64,000 nucleotides of DNA from Rhizodiscina lignyota (Eukaryota), in the NCBI GenBank assembly GCA_010015805.1, contig ML978123.1, forward strand, positions 124,001 to 188,000, in the 5' to 3' direction. This document shows positions 39,485-50,902 of this stretch, one piece after another. The notes below the pieces were generated by a model, which searched no databases, was not told the DNA's origin, and saw only the letters and a list, made by a program, of their open reading frames with translations. The position numbers were made by a program, and so were the translations under genes. Numbering within the stretch: position 1 is the first letter of the stretch; every line of letters begins with the position of its first letter.

Positions 39485-40117
39485 ATGCTAAAGTCGGCTC
39501 CGTCGCGAATGACAGGCAAATGGTCGGCAAAGACTCCAGAGCACAACGCAGCTCGTGTGCGGAATAATCAGCGCCGTCATAGGACGAGAGTGAAGGAACG
39601 AATGAGCGATTTAGAGACTCGACTCGCGCAAACCCAGCGTCTTCTCGATGCTGCTCTTACCCAAATCGACGAGCTGAAATCAGAGCTCGCAAAATCCATC
39701 AACGGCGCAGTCTCCACACGAGACCAGCAGTCTCTTCTCGCCCCACGCGGTCAATCGCCTGTCATTTACAATGCCGGCACTCAAAACGATCTCGCCTCAC
39801 AAGATGACCAAAGGCGCGCCCCGCCATCAATGTGCTGCAACTCCTTGGCTACCTCGCCAATAACCTCAGCGGCGACGACTACCTGTGATGAGGTTGGGAA
39901 CTGCAACGACTTTGAGCCTCAAGCGCAGGACGAATCAACGACGCCGTGTGACATGGCATTCGCGATCATCAAGCAGCAAAACTTCCGCGATGTAGATGTG
40001 GCTGCGATCGGCGAATGGTTGCGGCGCGGCTATCGCCGAGCACTACGAAACGATGATGGATGTAGAGTTGAGAACGGGTTGCTATTCACGGTGTTGGATT
40101 TTATTAGTAGTTCTTGA
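39485..40117 (+). CDS. Small Yap-like bZIP transcription factor with Cys-rich C-terminal region
   Basis: Basic region NAARVRNNQRRHRTRVK and leucine zipper (MSDLETRLAQTQRLLDAALTQIDELKSEL). C-terminal MCCN, TTCDEVGNC, TTPCDMAF, GCRVENGLLFTVLDFI. Confidence 0.85.
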   Translation: MLKSAPSRMTGKWSAKTPEHNAARVRNNQRRHRTRVKERMSDLETRLAQTQRLLDAALTQIDELKSELAKSINGAVSTRDQQSLLAPRGQSPVIYNAGTQNDLASQDDQRRAPPSMCCNSLATSPITSAATTTCDEVGNCNDFEPQAQDESTTPCDMAFAIIKQQNFRDVDVAAIGEWLRRGYRRALRNDDGCRVENGLLFTVLDFISSS

Positions 40118-40597
40118 TGCACTAGTTTCGTTCAAATCACGGTGGAATACTTCGGCATTGTAAGCTACCTTATGTAAGGAGCACCTGTAATGCGCAAGCC
40201 ATGCACATCAAGATACCATTTGTTCATCTCCCGTGCTCGTGAGCTTCCTCCAGGGAAAGGAAATAAATGCCGAAGCAACTACTGACCCTTGTCTCACTAT
40301 TCCGCTGTCTCCTTTTGGCGGCATAGCAATGCATTGGGATCATGCAGTAACTGTCATATGCTCTGTCTCCGGGTCATTCAAACGCTCAAGGTCGTAACTG
40401 TACCAACTCTCCGAGATTATCTGGCAGAGCCAACTCAATGCGCAAGTGTAAATGCACGATATTGAACTCTAGGGCCTGACTAGCATGTCTGTCTATCCAT
40501 GATGCCGACTGCCAACCCGCAGATGGCCAAAACGAGAATGCAGGTCCAGAAGACCTGGATGTTCAGCCGATGACCATCAGTGAAGCTGCCTGAGCTA

Positions 40598-43258
40598 TCA
40601 TCTGCCTTTCTTAACCAGTGGCGTAGGTTGGGGTTGGCCCTTCTCATCGACATTCAGCGCGACGCGGCATTCGGGACAATACCACTTGGCACGGCGACCG
40701 GGCATTTTGTCCTCTTCGAGGCCAACACATTGGAGGTGGAACCATTCCCTCTCGCACTGTTGAAAGATGAATACGTCAGTGATATTATAACCGTGTGTTA
40801 ATGTCGAAATGCAAGAGCACCAATGGTAAACACTCACATCATCATTGGAGCAACAAATCATAGTCCCCCAGCTGACGTCTCCGCACAGACAATACCGCGG
40901 CTCATCCGGGTCAATGTCTTCCAACGCCTCCCCTGGATACGGTAACCCTTCAGCCTTGTTCTCTTTACCAGTAGCACCCTTACTACTTCTTCCTCGAAGA
41001 CCGCCTTTCCTCTTTCCGACGCTGACTTTGCCCTTTCCAGAGCCCTCTTCTTTCTCCACCACCAGACCGGGCTCAGGTTTCTTCCCGCGGCGGGTCGTGC
41101 GGGAAGCATTGGCGTTATCGGCTGTGAATGTAGAGGAGGGAAGCGAGATGTTGCTCCCGCGACGCAACTCGCGCACCTCACGAGGTTCACGCTTCGCTGG
41201 CGGTTCTGCAGAGGCGGCTTTGCCTGCTGCTGCCGCTGCAATCGTGGAGCCCGTTCCACGGGACCGAGGTCGAGAGACTGGCTGTGGAGTCGCCGACTTC
41301 TGCGGTACTGTAGATTTCGCCAGTACAGGCTCTGGGAAGGCCGGAGAAACAGGGACGGAGCCAGCTTTGACACTTGCGGTTGCTGAGAGGGGCTCGGGCT
41401 TTGCGACGGAAATTCGGCGGGGGCGCGTCAGAGCGGCAGTGCTGATTGGCACTGGCACTGGGGTCTTCTTTGGCTGCTCCGTTGGAGATGTCGCGCTGGT
41501 GGTTACCGTAGCTGGCGTGGCCTGTCGAGTCTGCGGCGCGGTGGTTTTACCATTCTTCACTGGTGGCGTTGACGAGCCCGCTGGAGCCAGAGGTACAGAT
41601 GTTGTCGTTGTAACAACCTTGGGCGCAATAGGCTGGAGGCCGTTTGGCGCTGGTGATTGCCGCTCACTGGCGGATTTGGCCGCCTCTGTGTTTTCTGATG
41701 TTGATGGTACAGAAGATATAGTGGCAGGAGGATTAATCTTGATCTTCTTGGGCCCGTTGGTAGCGCCTGACTTCGGCGTCCCATTCTCCATGGCGGTGGA
41801 ATCAAGTGAATCATCCCTTTTCCGCTTCTTGGAAGATTTATCCTTCTTCTTTTTCTGAGCTGTAGCTGGGGTGACAGCGACGCTTTCAGACGCATCATCC
41901 CGCTTGAACAAGTCTGAAATATTCTGGCCAATGTTAAGAATGCGCTGGCTGACTTCGTTCATATCCAGAGTATCTGCGCTTGCCGTGGCACGATCGACTT
42001 GCTCTCGGGCACTAACTTCTGGTTGTTCACGCGTTGGTGGGGGCGCTTGGCCGCTGAGACCTGCTTGCTCGCGCGCCTGTTCACGTGCTTGCTTTTCTCG
42101 CTTTTCTTTCTTGGCTTCATTAAGCTTCATCCCGCGATTGATGAGCTGCTGCTCTTTCTCTGATGTGACTTGGAAACGAACTTCTCCGGGCGCGAGTATA
42201 GCTTTCGAAGGATCAACAGGGTCCTCGTCAAGGAATTCTTCGCCCTTCTCTTCAGCCGCAGCTCTCGCTCTGAGGTAGTTCTCTAGACCTCGGCCATGTT
42301 TAGCCAGTTCGCGTCTTATCATTGTCTCAGAAGGAGTCCAGATTGCATTCTTCTTCATTTGCTTGCGAAGCAGAGCCATTTCGTACTCTGTGAGCTTGTG
42401 CCACGGCTTATGCCTACTGCCTACCTTTGCATCTGGAGGTGGAGGCGTGAGCTTCGCAAGAGCATTGCTAGTTGAGATGCCAGCAACAGAGCTGTGTACG
42501 TTTGTTCCCATGACCCCAGGAGGCCTAACACGAGGTGCTTTGGGCAGCCTGCTCCTTCCTGACTTTGAAATCTTGATTCTGTGTGGCTTCAGCATGAGTG
42601 TGCCCGCCACAATATCCGACCCGCTTTCGTCAGATGATGAGTCGTATTCAGGTTCGCTGGCGCCGGGAGAAATCGCGCCAGTTGAAGCTCTCCTATTACG
42701 CTGCTTATCTCGTGCTGTTGCTACCGGTCGAGCAGTTGCTGGATGCCTTCCATCCACATTGATCGTCAATCGTGGAGTTTTCTCAATAGTGAGTCGTCGT
42801 CGAGAACTCTGCGGCGATGAAACTGGCTGTGGAGGGGGTGTAGGGTCTCGTGAAGGTGGCTCAGGTTGTGCCTGCAGCTTGCGCTTGATGCTTATGATTT
42901 GGTCACGGCGCCTCTGGGCAACCTCGTAGATACGCGATGCTTCAGCATGTGCTGATGATCTGCATCTCATGGCATGATCGACAGCTTCTGATATTTGTTT
43001 GCGTAATGTTGCGACATCTGGTCGATTCTCGGTGGGGAGGGTGGGGAGGAGGGAGAAGGTCGTAGTGAGCTCGTGAACCCGCGCAGCATCATCGTGATAT
43101 GTCCCGTCGAGCTTCTCGATGAGCGTCAGAGAGCGGACCAGGTCTGAGGGGAAGTATTCGGTGTAGTCTGAGAAGTCCGTGACGGTAGCTTGGAGATCTG
43201 GGTGAGATGGAGGCGCGGAGGCGACAGGCAGCGCCGACCTCATCTCGACGTCGCCCAT
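40598..43258 (-). CDS. ING-family PHD finger chromatin protein
   Basis: N-terminal ING-like DYTEYFPSDLVRSLTLIEKLD. C-terminal PHD EPRYCLCGDVSWGTMICCSNDD|CEREWFHLQCVGL..KWYCPEC, restored by intron 40837-40757. Confidence 0.9.
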   Translation of the reverse strand: MGDVEMRSALPVASAPPSHPDLQATVTDFSDYTEYFPSDLVRSLTLIEKLDGTYHDDAARVHELTTTFSLLPTLPTENRPDVATLRKQISEAVDHAMRCRSSAHAEASRIYEVAQRRRDQIISIKRKLQAQPEPPSRDPTPPPQPVSSPQSSRRRLTIEKTPRLTINVDGRHPATARPVATARDKQRNRRASTGAISPGASEPEYDSSSDESGSDIVAGTLMLKPHRIKISKSGRSRLPKAPRVRPPGVMGTNVHSSVAGISTSNALAKLTPPPPDAKVGSRHKPWHKLTEYEMALLRKQMKKNAIWTPSETMIRRELAKHGRGLENYLRARAAAEEKGEEFLDEDPVDPSKAILAPGEVRFQVTSEKEQQLINRGMKLNEAKKEKREKQAREQAREQAGLSGQAPPPTREQPEVSAREQVDRATASADTLDMNEVSQRILNIGQNISDLFKRDDASESVAVTPATAQKKKKDKSSKKRKRDDSLDSTAMENGTPKSGATNGPKKIKINPPATISSVPSTSENTEAAKSASERQSPAPNGLQPIAPKVVTTTTSVPLAPAGSSTPPVKNGKTTAPQTRQATPATVTTSATSPTEQPKKTPVPVPISTAALTRPRRISVAKPEPLSATASVKAGSVPVSPAFPEPVLAKSTVPQKSATPQPVSRPRSRGTGSTIAAAAAGKAASAEPPAKREPREVRELRRGSNISLPSSTFTADNANASRTTRRGKKPEPGLVVEKEEGSGKGKVSVGKRKGGLRGRSSKGATGKENKAEGLPYPGEALEDIDPDEPRYCLCGDVSWGTMICCSNDDVSVYHWCSCISTLTHGYNITDVFIFQQCEREWFHLQCVGLEEDKMPGRRAKWYCPECRVALNVDEKGQPQPTPLVKKGR

Positions 43259-43345
43259 TACCGCCAAGCTCCAGAAAGCCTAGACACGAGTTGGGCGCGC
43301 GGGGTAGGCGGTGTGATGATGATATGAGTTTAATGTGTTTGTTTC

Positions 43346-43520
43346 ACGCGTTGATGGTGGAGCGCGACGTTTGCGATTGCGGCTCAACGAAAGCTAAGGC
43401 TGCAGGCGGGAGCGCTAACCCTATTAGGATAACGCAGGTTCTAGCGCGCTTTCCCCACAATCGCCTTCTGCGACACCGAACTGCCCTGTGCTTGACGCGT
43501 CCACTGGTGTTTTTACGCGT
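43346..43520. promoter_or_regulatory. Three MCB (ACGCGT) elements in the ING/QIP divergent promoter
   Basis: ACGCGT at 43346-43351, 43495-43500, 43515-43520. Confidence 0.5.
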
Positions 43521-43935
43521 TTACACTGCTCATCCAGGTAATGCCTCTATAGCGTATATATAGTAGTCTGCAGCGTCTCTGTCATAGCTTTCCATATGCC
43601 AGACTCTCAGCCTGCCTCGAGAAGATGTAGATTCCTATGCGCTACGTGGAAGAGATATTGACGAGATTGGCCACTTTATGAGAGAGTTAATAGAGGCAGC
43701 TAAGTTATATGGCGTGAATAAAAGTTCAACACCCGTACTATGCTAGTACTAAGAAACACTAAGAAAAACACTCTCTATCACTCCTTCACGTTGTGACGTT
43801 TTCACTATTTGGGAACACACGCGGTAGTATTTCTTGCGCACAAAGCTACTTCCTCCATGCTCCACTCACTGCTGCTTAAACACCACCATTTCTCCTTCTT
43901 CCTCAACTGCTCCTTCCCTCAACATCTCCGTCACA

Positions 43936-45513
43936 ATGGCCGACTCTCGCATAGATCAGCTTCTTGAGATACTGAGGGACCTGAATCTGCCAAAGCCCTC
44001 GCGCAAAGATAGAGGACCGCTTCAGGATACCACAAACACCACTGGAGATGGAGAGGCTGCACAGCCGGCGACCGTCAAAGAAGATGGCGGCGTACCCGTG
44101 GCGCCTTCAGAGGTTCAATCTACTACGCCTTCTCTGCAGCAACCGGAACCAGAGGCTGAACCAGTGATCGAGAAGAATGGCGAACAGCGCTTCCTGTGGC
44201 TCACTGCTCCACCTCCGGAGCTTCCCAAGGCCCATCCATCCAAAGCCTCGCCAGCCCCCGAGCTGAACCTAAAACGCGGCGAGCTAGCTCCAACCAACTT
44301 ATCCTTCTGCCCCGTCCTCCCTCTGAGCAAATACTGCTACAAGTACATCGGTCACGAAAACTCTCAGCCAGTCGCCGAACGCTTCTTCGACAAGGGCCAG
44401 TTCTGGCAGCGCGAGTGGGACCTTTTCTATGTATATCATCCGGAATCCGACCAACTCGTAGCTCTCATTCCCGACTATCAATTCCAAGACCTTCTCGACG
44501 AAATCAACAAGGCATTCCCGAAACTAGGCTTGTACATAACCGGTTGGCAGAGGGAGCACGGATTGGTGACGCGCTTCCCACCGTACCGCGACACGCGCCC
44601 GCGATACCTTGGACGCTCAACCTCGAAGGATGAGTATACGAATCTGACGGATAACGCACCAGATGCGTCATTCCGTCCAGCCGGTGAAAAGCCAACTCCG
44701 ATTGCGGACGCAGATACGATGGAAGCATTCCAGGATATGGTGGAAGCGTGTACTGAGCTCAACAAGAACAAGGGAAAGGGGTCCAAGGAAAAGAAAGAGA
44801 TGGATCGTATGATGGAGAGCAAGAGTTCTGCGGAGCAGGTCAAGCGTGCCCAGGCCCATGTTGGACTTGGCCCAAAGGAGGAGCACATCCCTATCGAGCA
44901 ACGCCCCGTCTTCATCTGCTTCGACGTGGAGGCATACGAACGCGATCACAAAGTCATCCTCGAGGTTGGCATTGCTACACTCGATGCGTCTGAACTTGCC
45001 GACGTTCAGCCTTCTGGACGCGGTGAGAACTGGTGGGAGCATATCCACGCCAGACACTTCCGCATCGCTGAACACATGCACCACGTAAACACGGAGTTTG
45101 TGCAAGGCTGCCCTGAGCGCTTCGAGTTCGGTCAAACCGAGGTTGTTCCTCTCGCAGAGATATCGAGCTCCATCTCTTCAATCTTCAACAAGAGCGCAGA
45201 CCGGAAGATCGTGCTTGTGGGCCATAATATCCAGGGTGATATCAAGTACCTCGCTGAACTCGGCATCAATCCTCTTGACATCCCGCAAGCAACTGAAGAC
45301 TCACCTCGTGGCCTGCTCGAGGTTCTCGACACAAGCTTGCTCTACAAGAGCCACACTGGCGCGGACAATCCTACGGGGCTGGGAAACATGATGTACGAGC
45401 TCGGACTGGACGCGTGGCAGCCGCATAATGGCGGAAATGACGCGGTGTACACGATGCGGTCCATGCTGGCTATCTGCCTGAAGGACGCAGACATGTTCCC
45501 GAAGGACAAATAG
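43936..45513 (+). CDS. qip: QDE-2-interacting protein (QIP)-like DEDDh 3'-5' exonuclease (Gfd2/YDR514C-like domain)
   Basis: Motifs FICFDVEAYE..ILEVGIATLD, HFRIAEH...GCPERFEFG, IVLVGHNIQGDIKYL, LDT, HNGGNDAVYT. N-terminal FCP..LSKYCYKY..FFDKGQFWQREWDLFY resembles QIP. Confidence 0.8.
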   Translation: MADSRIDQLLEILRDLNLPKPSRKDRGPLQDTTNTTGDGEAAQPATVKEDGGVPVAPSEVQSTTPSLQQPEPEAEPVIEKNGEQRFLWLTAPPPELPKAHPSKASPAPELNLKRGELAPTNLSFCPVLPLSKYCYKYIGHENSQPVAERFFDKGQFWQREWDLFYVYHPESDQLVALIPDYQFQDLLDEINKAFPKLGLYITGWQREHGLVTRFPPYRDTRPRYLGRSTSKDEYTNLTDNAPDASFRPAGEKPTPIADADTMEAFQDMVEACTELNKNKGKGSKEKKEMDRMMESKSSAEQVKRAQAHVGLGPKEEHIPIEQRPVFICFDVEAYERDHKVILEVGIATLDASELADVQPSGRGENWWEHIHARHFRIAEHMHHVNTEFVQGCPERFEFGQTEVVPLAEISSSISSIFNKSADRKIVLVGHNIQGDIKYLAELGINPLDIPQATEDSPRGLLEVLDTSLLYKSHTGADNPTGLGNMMYELGLDAWQPHNGGNDAVYTMRSMLAICLKDADMFPKDK

Positions 45514-45785
45514 AGGGTCGGACTTTTCGATATCTCTTGCATCAGGCGTTCAGAAGAGGTATTTGCTTCAATGAGCTTTGCATATCCAGCGGGGTTATCG
45601 GAGTTACGATGAGCATTAGCTCAAGTGGAGATAGCCAGCCAATTCTTTACTAATGGACTAGTCATGGCTCTCACTAGCCTGAACTTGCTGAGCAATAGTC
45701 CGTATGCCTGATGCCCTTGACGTCCTTGAAAAGTATCCATTATCGAGACCTCTTTGTAATTGGAACCATCCATAGCTGTATCGGT

Positions 45786-47297
45786 TCATCCTCCACTCCG
45801 CCGGCCCTCGCACTCCACCCTTCCGACCCCTCTGAGGCTCAAGTACACATCAGTCCCCCAGCCCCAAAGACTCTGCACTGCGATGCCGCCACCAAAGTAT
45901 TCCGCATACGCCCGTCCCAAAGGCAGTCCATATCCCAGCCCGGCAAGACTACTCCCACCAGCATCTCCCGAAATCGCATTTAGCGCATCGATGCTTGCAC
46001 TTCCTCCGCTGCTGGACTGCTGTCTCGAAATCAACTCTTCCTCTTTGAAAGTCGTAAAGCTGTAATCCCAAATATGCGCCAAATTCTCCGGGCTGATGCC
46101 TCCTCCTCTATCGCGCATTCGAATCGTAACCCCCGGTGTGCTCTGCTTCAGAGGCCTGATGTTCTCGCTCACGGCCTCTTGCTCCTTTCCAACGTCACTC
46201 ATCGCAACGTTCATGTTTCCCTGGTCTTGATTCGTCAACCCCTTCTCCCTGCCGTGGTCGCTGAGGCCCTCAGGTAAGGGTGCGATCGTGACTTCTATGG
46301 GCTCGCGCTCCATGCCGCGCTCGACTGTCGCACGGAATGCATTCTTCAGAAGCTCCGTGATTATGTACTCGAGGTGCACGGGAATATGCGCAAAGGTATA
46401 GTCCGGCTCGCCATTGATGACGACCGAGGGCCGTACACCGTAGCGGAGCTCGCAGATGTCGCCCACGGTACCCTCACAGTGTCGTATTATGGACGCAGGG
46501 TGCAGATCAGTGTCGATTACGCCAATGTAGGAAGATTGATGTGACTCGTCGGGTCCATGAGAGTCATGCCTATGGTCTTTGCTATCCGAGGACAGCTCTG
46601 TATGAGGTTGTGAGGAGAAGTGCAGCGCAATGTGTTGTTCAGCGATCAAGCGGGTGCCGATTCGCGCCCGAAGATGTTCGTCGAGGAAACGGGTCACTTC
46701 CACTGGACTGATATATTTCCTTGCTTCGAGGAAGCCTCGTGCAAGAATAGATATTGTATTGCTGTGTGTCTGCACGAGGTCGGCCATGACCTCTGTGAAC
46801 TTGATCTCGTCCTCGAGATTGGTGATCTGCTTCTCCGACCATGGCAGCAAGGTGGACAGCGAATGCAGGTAATTATTGTGGATTTTAGATATGTGGGGGT
46901 TCGAAACGACTATAAATGGGAGGTTACGGAGGGATTGGATGCGGTGCGCGAGGCGTGCTGGCAGGATTGAGAGAGTAAAGTTGGCAGACTCATAGAGAGC
47001 AGAGGCGGGAAGCGGAGGGCGGCCATATCTGAGGGGAGTCAGCAATTTCTGATCCCAAGAACAAAACGATGCTTGGGAGTAAGCATCTTACTTGACCAGA
47101 TCAGTAAGAGTGAGGGGATGGAGTGGTTTTGCGGCCAATTCGGCGATGTGGTCATCGGTGACTGTTTGCGTCGTCAAAGCTCTCTGCGCACGATATTGGA
47201 GAATTGGTCGCCTTCGCCGCCATTGAATGCTTCTTCTGGGGTTCGATTGCTTCAGGCGCAGCGACAAAGAAGTCGCTGGCCTCTCGAATGCTAGCAT
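45786..47297 (-). CDS. Mitochondrial protein kinase of the PDK/BCKDK family
   Basis: Exons 47297-47092 and 47028-45786. Motifs LTLTDLVKYG, LPARLAHRI, RIGTRLIAEQH, ELLKNAFRA, DRGGGI, GLGYGLPLGRAYAEYFGG, GTDVYL. Confidence 0.93.
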
Positions 47298-47873
47298 TGC
47301 AACGCTGACATGTGGTGTAAATATGGAATGTTGGACGTTGGAGCACGCGAGCTTTTCGATGTGGGCAAACGTGGGCGAACGTGGGGAAGGATGCCCGAAG
47401 TCGGGACGAGTCTGGATCCAACCATGTGATCCGAATTACGCTCACGATTAATTTTATTGAGGACAGTTGAATCTTCGAATTGCTCCCCTGATTGCGGCTA
47501 ACGAAACATTTACATGAAGTCATCACGATGTGCCAGCGCAAGGTATCTGATATGGTAGAGGTATCCCAACGTTTTGTCCCACAGGACATTCGTAGAACAA
47601 GATGTCCTATTAGCCTATTCCTGCGCCGATGAAGCACACCCTTGAGTCCTAGTTTGCGTATTGAGGTTGGCCCTCAATTCGATTGCACGTAGGCGCTCAA
47701 ATTATCGCGTAGACACATAGATCGAGTATCGCCTCTACATTCTTGGGAGTGTCCTAACTGATAGCGACCTATGAGAAAACTTGTAGGCTTAATTAAAGGC
47801 CACATACTACTGCTGTTCGGCGTCGTGAAAGCTGTGGCCACATTTTTGGTCATCCTTGGGCTCTTTAAAGGGA

Positions 47874-49028
47874 TCACTCATTCGCTTCCATCATCTTAAT
47901 CGCCTCCACAAAATCCGGAATCTCATCCGCCCTCTCCGCCACTCGCCCCCACCTCACAATGCCCTCCTCATCAACCGCCCAACTCCCACTCGTCTGCCAA
48001 CGTGACCCGCTCTCCGTCGGCCGATTCCAGATGCCCTCTTCACGGCCCAGCTTGAATACCGCTGAAAGCCCTCCCGGCGAGAGGACGTGCCAGAAACTCG
48101 AGACCCCAAGACCCCAAGTTGCGTACAAGGTGCGCTCGGCGTCGACAATGACCTCGAGATTGGAGGGTGTGCTCCCGCCAACGGCTTCGAGCCAGTGGTC
48201 TGTGGAGGCCTGGTCGGAGTGCGATATTACGATGAAGCGGACGTTGGGGTTGGCGGAGGCGGTGGAGCGGAAGAGGAGATAGGTCTTTTCTGCAACTACG
48301 AGTAAATGAGTCAGAGAATCATGGCCTCGGAAGCAGCACCAAATCCATGTTCAGTCAGTTGCAAATGCTCAGAATGAGATTCTCGTCAGGTGATCAGATG
48401 CTTTGTCCCTCGAATATAAAAATACAGTCTACTAAGCGGAATCTGCAAGCATTTCATCAGGCAGATCTGCACGAGCCGTTCCTTAGACCTTCGATACTAT
48501 GATATGAGAGCGGGATAAAGACTCATGGGACTGCAGGAGAAAAGGAGAAACGCAGGATATGGGATGAACTATGCGGGCCGAATTAAGGAAGCAGAGGCTA
48601 AAGGCCGCGGAGAATTAAATTGTAATCAAGACCAAAGACGACAGCCTAGCACTGATCAACTCCAAGGGTACGGACGAATTGAAACCACAAATGGGAAACG
48701 ATGTGCACGCATGTTCGACAATGAAACGAAATGAGGATGAAGTTCTGGGCCATGAAACGCTGCCCAGGGTGCCAGGCTTTCACGACGGAGGAGCTTGCGA
48801 GAACTCGAAAAGATTTGAAAAGGTACCTGCAGACGTATGTATGTGGCCAGACTTACAAGGGCAACCGCAGTGCCTTAGGAACGTGATGACGACGTGTTTG
48901 CCGTCGCTCGACGGGATCCGAAGTCTGTCGGAAGACGGTGCCGGTCGACCAATTTCTGGCGCTGGACGAGGATCGGTGTCAACATGCGAAGGCGACATCC
49001 AGGATCGCAGCTCGGTTATGTATGACAT
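47874..49028 (-). CDS. AhpC/TSA-like (peroxiredoxin-like 2) thioredoxin-fold protein
   Basis: Exon 49028-48857 (..VVITFLRHCGCP), 561-nt intron GTAAGT..CTGAC..TAG, exon 48295-47874 (FAEKTY...DAERTLYATWGLG...GSRWQTSGSWAVD). Confidence 0.85.
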
Positions 49029-50902
49029 CTTGTTGGCGCTCTGACTCGGTTTGAGATGGAAGGATTCGATCTAGATGACCCTACGACGGGGTGAACCAGA
49101 TATCCGGTGGGTCGTCAGGGGATGGAGCTCAGGGAAGAGAGTCGTGCACTTCAGGAACACTATTGAGAATAATTGGTTTTCTTTCTGGGCAGAGGAGAGG
49201 GGGTTCAATTCGCACTTTATGGTTGCTGGAGGTTGAGAAGCCGAGCAATTCTGTGACAAAATTTGACAGAATGTCCTGGAGCTCAAGTGGGGTCTTGATT
49301 GAAGGTCTGTTCCCAGCGTTTCTATTCGCTGGATTTGGCCGATGGCGAGATATCAGGTCCCAGAACTAATAATCGATATTTACCGTAACTTCAGGATCTG
49401 CGGGCACAAAAGCTCGCTTGCTTGCTGAATAAAGCCTCTCGCTCCATTGAAGCTCTCCAGACGCGGAGAGGGGCTTATTCGCATTCGCGTTGAATGTTCG
49501 TGCTTTTGATGGTAAGATAGAGTCGAGTGTGCACTTCCCCGCTCCACCATATTGGAGTGGCCAGGTGGTCGCTGACAGGTCTCTACGCTGCAAATCTCAT
49601 GCTGCACGTCCCAGCAGCAACCCGAGAGCTTGTGCAGTGAGCTTTGTCCAAGTTTGCCATCATTACCGAGGCAAACTCTTCCCCTTGCGCCTGTTGCGCC
49701 CCTTTTAACATCGCAATCAGCCGACCGGGAGGACACATCTGGGAGAACAGACGGATATCCTGTGACAGTGCAACACATCCTCCGGTTTTTGGCAATTGCT
49801 AGTGTTGTGTCCTTGGGTTTGGTGCTATCATCCCTCTATCATCCCTCACCGTGTGTGGTGAGTTCTAACGTCACTGCCTTTTGCTTCTGGCGCTCGCTGG
49901 TCCTCGTGCTAATCCTGTAATCGTAGCCTCAAGGCGTTCAAACTTACCGTAGTGCTCTACTGTAGCCCCAAGATCTCCTCGTTGCTGGAAAGGAAGCATT
50001 CTTGTGTCGGCCGCTTTTACAATCAACGATAGCAATACAGACAGGAGAAGTGCGGTAAACCGCGCCAAAACGTGCTGCTAGATCTTTGCTTCTGGGGGTA
50101 TGCAGAGTCATTTTCAGATGCTCTTCTCAGCCTCGTATCAACTATGAGGAGAACACGGAGTCTGGACAGGCATTCCGCCGTTCCTCAGCAAACACTGGAC
50201 CCAGCAGAACTGGCCGGATCTAATTTCATGCTACTTCCTCGGATGCGCTGGCCGTTCCTCTCATTGTCTCCATGTTCCCTGATCAGCACAAGCATATCAG
50301 ATTGCTAGGGTGCCACGCCGGCCATCGCACTTCTGCAAGCCACGGGTGATACTTCTCCACAACGCCAACGACCATCACACTCCCGAGCCGACATCTCGCG
50401 CGCTCTCATATTTTGGAGGCCGCTTTTGGTGCCAACGTCCATATGTTACGGAGTTTCAATAACGGCTCGTCGATATGCGATGCCGCGGAGCTCGTGATTG
50501 GCATTCGCGGTAGAGCGGCCTGTCTACGCGGTAGGGAAAGGGACCAGGCACGTTCTGCACCCAGCACATGCACATCTTAGAGAACGGCCATGTGTGTTTC
50601 AATCCCGAATTATCCAATGTCAGCACTGTCAAGACGACCCGAGGTCCCGTTAGACGGCGTCCTCAGTTGCAACCCCTTCCTGGGACCGCTATCCAGGATC
50701 CTATCTCTAGGCATGCAGACGTTTCGTCTTTTGATCTCTCAGTAATCCACCTTTCCCTTTATGTATATCGTATCTCAAAAGTGTTCTGTAGCCTCTCTTA
50801 CGCTTCTCCAACTCTTCTTTTCGACCACCGAGCTCCATCCATCCGCCCTCTTCATGCACTTTGACTCAGTCAAAGGTCTGGCTGAGACATTGCCATTGGG
50901 AA

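Noticed and set aside
40757..40837. In-frame stop-free 81-nt intron in the ING PHD finger (similar 54-nt cases at 16251-16304 and 59038-59091)
   Set aside because: Short 3n introns without stops occur often by chance. They encode no motif, and retention here would break the PHD finger.
43034..43053. G-quadruplex-like run inside the ING gene
   Set aside because: Explained by Leu/Pro/Thr codons on the coding strand.
33316..47297. Several mitochondrial genes close together (afg3, crotonase, PDK/BCKDK)
   Set aside because: Mitochondrial proteins are common, and no shared pathway or motif was seen.
49871..50068. Small minus-strand ORF with a signal-peptide-like start and a GTAAGT donor at 49947
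   Set aside because: Starts at TTG with no ATG, and I could not build a convincing exon chain.
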